DNA from: Diploschistes diacapsis
Taxonomy: Eukaryota
NCBI GenBank assembly: GCA_023645945.1
Contig: JALAIB010000019.1
Location: 1 to 47,767 of the forward strand
Direction: 5' to 3'
Length of the DNA stretch: 47,767 nt
Translations under genes and position numbers: made by a program
Notes under the pieces: generated by a model
What the model saw: the letters and a program-made list of their open reading frames with translations, nothing else
The model's database searches: none
What the model was told of the DNA's origin: nothing
Shown here: positions 44,130 to 47,767 of the stretch, one piece after another
Numbering within the stretch: position 1 is the stretch's first letter
How the letters are laid out: each line of letters starts with the position of its first letter

Positions 44130-46478
44130 ATGGGGATGGCGCCGGAGCAGGTCATTGCCTGGGACGAGAAACTCTACGACTATGTGAGTGCAAGAGTCGC
44201 TTTTGAAGAAGATGCTGTACCGGAGGGTGTCCTTGACAAATGGCCAGGACGAGCGAGTCCAGGTATTAAGGGTTGGAAGTCGAACCCTCTCCTACTATGC
44301 AGAGCGGAGACTTTGCAGATTTTGCAACGGACTATGCTAACATTTGAGCACGGCATTGACCCTTCAATCCAAGACATGGCACTTTCGCTTTCGGGTTGGA
44401 CCATGGGACATGACATACCGGAGCACGAGCGGTTCCTTGCTCAACGGAACTGGCTTCGTTTCATTTCATCGTATAAAAGCATACTCATTGAAGTCGTTTC
44501 CCTCTGTATTGTTGCCAAGACCTATGAAAAGAAGCAGCTACAACACATTTTTACCAAGCGCTCCTCCTTTCTTCAAGGTTTAGTTCGTATCCTTGGCGAA
44601 AAGTTTGAACATAGTGCGCGGAGATATCTACAGACCCAGGAATCAACATCACGTCATTTGGCAGAAGTCGAGAGTGGCTTTCATCTATATACCTATGAGC
44701 AGACTTCTAGGCTTATCGCCTGGTGGATCCTCGAGACCGAAGTCAAACACAATCCCAGGTTCGAGACCGCACTGTCATGCCGCTATTTACCGGACAGAAT
44801 AATAGCCGCGAGCTTGAAATGCTTCCGAACCACCTATCTTCCTCGCTCTATGTGCCAGTTCGTATGGCAAGCCTTATGCCAGCATCCCAAAGTTTTTGGC
44901 ATGAATATGGATCGGCCACTGTTGCTCTACCATACCATCTTCAGGTCTCTCGGAAGGAAGTATATCCCGGATGGGTTTTGCGAAGGTAATGAATGTCGGA
45001 GCCTTCCCCAGGAGACGAAAGCTACTGTGATTAAACACCGAACGAACTGCCGGGAATTGACCTGCGGATTGCTGACTTGGTCCTACGATGAAATGTTCGA
45101 CTCAAGGCAACTCTTAGCTATCTCTGCAGAGGGCACCGCCGACAACCGACTTCAGGTCGTTCCATGCTCAGAGCGAACAATGGCTGTAAGTCATGTTCTC
45201 TGGCGGGAGCAAGACGCCTCCTTTGAAGATGGCGTGCCAGAGTGCATCCACTCCCAACTCTCCGCAATCGCGCTGGCACGCGGTTGCACTTCGTACTATT
45301 TGGGACCTATGATTAGCTCGGAAGATGGTATTGAGCAATCATCGGCAAGCAACCGGGTATTTCGGGAGAGCGAATTCGTCCTGCTCTACGATAGAGACCT
45401 CGTTCAAATATCGATCCCGAGTGGGACAATAAAGGAGTTGGAGGTTGCAATAGCTTCCCTGTTGATATCTAACTGGGCAAGCAACCCTCTGAAACTTATT
45501 GAAGCCGCCCATGCAGGCAACGCGGTCCACATTCTTTGCAAGGATGATAATTTAATCTCTCTTGCAACGCTGATCTGGGATGTTGTCCAGAATGGAAGTA
45601 TAGACGTTGCGATTCTCCTACGCAGCAACGAGTTCATCACCCGGTACCTCGTCATGGCCAGCCGTCCACTCACTACCCTTGCAACGATGAAATACGAGGC
45701 ACCAGACTTCGACCAGCTACTTTCGATGCTGAGCAGAGCCCGCTACCGTAACCACCCGGACTGGGCCATCGGACTCTGGAACCAGCTGGTCATTGCTCGG
45801 GGGCCCCCAAAAAAATCATGTCTCCTGGGATCGGCCCCAACCTGCGAACGCATGTACGCCGAGTGCTTCTGGCGCAGTCAGCTGACCAACGACGGCGCCA
45901 ACAGTCCTGGCCTCCCTGCCCGCTGGCTCATTTCCCCGACTCCACGCGTCGCTACGCTGGGCCTCAGATGGGCCCCCGTCAGCCCCCTCCACGTTCCTCT
46001 GCCCAAGGCCTTCACCGACCAAGGCTGGCGTGTGTACCACAGCGGCTCCGTCGAGCGCGGAGGGCGAGTACGTGCGACAGAGAGCCAGCTGAAGGGCGTC
46101 TGGCGCACGCACAGTTTCGGCCGGCCTGCCAACCACCCTGCTGCGTGCATCGCCACTCACACAGACGCTACACTAAGGGAGGCCCAGAATAATCGTCTGG
46201 ACGAGATCAGAGAGCAGTTCGGGCAGACATGGTTCATGCTCGGCCTGCTGCAGGCCACGGCGGCCGATACTAAGAACGACTGGGAGGCGGATATTCCGGT
46301 CTGGGGCGAAGTGGGAACGCCAGATGGGGATGGGAACGTAAAAGGGGTCAAGGAAGGGAGGATGATCGCTGTCGTTGGGACAAACAACGCTACCGTATGG
46401 ACCTGGCTCGGCGTATATGTCTGGGACCTGGCGGTGCCGTTGCCGAGGTTCGAGAGGAGGGTTGTCGGCATCGTGTGA
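44130..46478 (+). CDS. Hypothetical protein with degenerate HET-like domain
   Basis: 782 aa intronless ORF. TMAVSHVLW...CIH...ARGCTSYYL...NRVFRESEFVLLYDRDL...NWASNPLKLIEA follows the order of HET-domain motifs (SHVW, W.D..CI, W..RAWT..E), each eroded. Confidence 0.6.
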   Translation: MGMAPEQVIAWDEKLYDYVSARVAFEEDAVPEGVLDKWPGRASPGIKGWKSNPLLLCRAETLQILQRTMLTFEHGIDPSIQDMALSLSGWTMGHDIPEHERFLAQRNWLRFISSYKSILIEVVSLCIVAKTYEKKQLQHIFTKRSSFLQGLVRILGEKFEHSARRYLQTQESTSRHLAEVESGFHLYTYEQTSRLIAWWILETEVKHNPRFETALSCRYLPDRIIAASLKCFRTTYLPRSMCQFVWQALCQHPKVFGMNMDRPLLLYHTIFRSLGRKYIPDGFCEGNECRSLPQETKATVIKHRTNCRELTCGLLTWSYDEMFDSRQLLAISAEGTADNRLQVVPCSERTMAVSHVLWREQDASFEDGVPECIHSQLSAIALARGCTSYYLGPMISSEDGIEQSSASNRVFRESEFVLLYDRDLVQISIPSGTIKELEVAIASLLISNWASNPLKLIEAAHAGNAVHILCKDDNLISLATLIWDVVQNGSIDVAILLRSNEFITRYLVMASRPLTTLATMKYEAPDFDQLLSMLSRARYRNHPDWAIGLWNQLVIARGPPKKSCLLGSAPTCERMYAECFWRSQLTNDGANSPGLPARWLISPTPRVATLGLRWAPVSPLHVPLPKAFTDQGWRVYHSGSVERGGRVRATESQLKGVWRTHSFGRPANHPAACIATHTDATLREAQNNRLDEIREQFGQTWFMLGLLQATAADTKNDWEADIPVWGEVGTPDGDGNVKGVKEGRMIAVVGTNNATVWTWLGVYVWDLAVPLPRFERRVVGIV

Positions 46479-47077
46479 GAGATGCGACACGGTGGACGAG
46501 ATCCAATGCATCTTTGATATTTCCCGTTTTTCGACGAATGGTATTTCTCTATGCGACCAAATGATCAGTGTCCAGCCGCTCAGCTACTTTTTAAACACGC
46601 CTGATTAGTTACGATAGCCGCGGTGGATATATGGGGGCTCAAGTACTCAGAACCATGTCAAAGTTGTTGGATGACCATTCAAGTCATATGTTCATATAGA
46701 GCGAACAAAACAAAAGTCTATTGACTAGCCGAAACGAGAAGCTAGATAACTTCCCTCAGACGAACAGCATTATGAAATGACCAGGGGCGTTATCGTTCAT
46801 AACCATTAGTGCGCAGCCTCTACCCAGGTCTCTTAAGAGCTCAAAACCAACCTCTTCCCCAAAGTAAACCCGTATTACCATGTCGTAAAAAATGCTTGCC
46901 CTGCAATCATCTCGTCGTGCAGAGCCCAATGACCGAAAAAACAGTCGCTTGCCGAATAAACCGCAACCATGCCTCGTCAATCCCCTTAACTCCTCCTCCA
47001 TTGGAGTCCCCACGCCTTGGTCCCAAACTCCCCCTCGCCCACCACGGTCCCATATCGCTCACGCCCACTGCCGCCCC

Positions 47078-47767
47078 TCAACCCCTTCCCGTAGCACCCG
47101 CCCACAGCCTCACCCACGCATCGTTCGCGCTCCCGAGCCCCGGGCCCCGCAATACGTGCCCGCCGAACTGGAAGGGCCGCTTGCGGAGCACGAGGAGGAA
47201 GTACAGCGCGCCGTACGCCATGCCGCCCAGGTGTCCCATGTGGCCTACGCCCGGCATAAAGCCAGTGGCGTCGGCGAGCCAGCTGAAGATGGCGAGGGCG
47301 GGGAGCATGATCAGGTTTGGGATGCTGGCCGGCTAGATGGGGGAGGAGGTTTAGCGGGGCAATTCTTGGGGCATTGGCTGTAAATGAGGAGGAAGGGCGG
47401 GAGCTAGCAGCAGTACGTAGAAGAACAACTATGGGTTTGGAGCGGTGTTACATAGCGCCAAGCTCTGGCGAGGGGGAAGAAGCTTTGTGCCGCACGGCTC
47501 CTCCCCCGCCCATGGGGGGAACAGCCAAAGCACAAGAGAAGAGCGCAGAGATAAAAAAAAAAAAAAAAAGGAAGTCGCAGGCACCGCAGAGCAAAGCAAT
47601 CGACTCACCAAGAACACAAAGCCCATCCGCCCCTTGGGCTGCGCCAGCGCCATGGCCGTCACAATCCCCATCACACTGCCGGACGCTCCCAGATACTGCC
47701 TTTCGCCCTCCGTCTTCCTCCCGGCCTTCCTCCCCTCCGCCCAAAGCGCCGCCAACCCCCCACCGAC
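47078..47767 (-). CDS. Rhomboid family intramembrane serine protease, 5' partial
   Basis: Exon from window edge to 47609 with YLGASGSVMG (catalytic Ser), intron 47608-47333, exon 47332-47078 with GVGHMGHLGGMAYG (catalytic His). Confidence 0.85.
47553..47569. repeat. A17 homopolymer (T17 in the rhomboid intron)
   Basis: Directly visible. Confidence 0.9.

Noticed and set aside
47333..47400. Upstream CAG (47378-47380) in the rhomboid intron leading to a stop
   Set aside because: No convincing branch point precedes it, unlike the monooxygenase case.

Overview
Compact, intron-rich genomic DNA of a filamentous ascomycete (Pezizomycotina-type genes, short GT-AG introns with CTAAC/CTGAC branch points). 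I could build 18 protein-coding gene models by hand: a CID-domain protein (partial), PRP45/SKIP, PWP2/UTP1, a CDC12-type septin, a GFA/CENP-V protein, an inositol polyphosphate 5-phosphatase, a CHY zinc finger protein, proteasome alpha4 PRE6, an FAD monooxygenase, an FMO, a chromodomain-HDA2/3-coiled-coil protein, a small conserved protein, a p24 cargo receptor, a large POT1-type OB-fold protein, a class II eIF4E, a Ulp2-like SUMO protease, a degenerate HET-like protein and a rhomboid protease (partial). There is also a decayed WD40 pseudogene and a few microsatellites. No tRNA, rRNA, CRISPR array or intact transposon was seen. The most unusual signal concerns splicing. The Prp45/SKIP gene seems to lack the usual N-terminal region of roughly 120 aa, has its SNW signature changed to SSW with a rewritten adjacent segment, and needs two rare GAG 3' splice sites to stay in frame. 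Across the window, 5 of the 35 introns I modelled end in RAG rather than YAG, and two other genes carry decoy acceptors that lead to stop codons. Family assignments rest on motif recognition from memory, not database searches, and exon boundaries are manual predictions.
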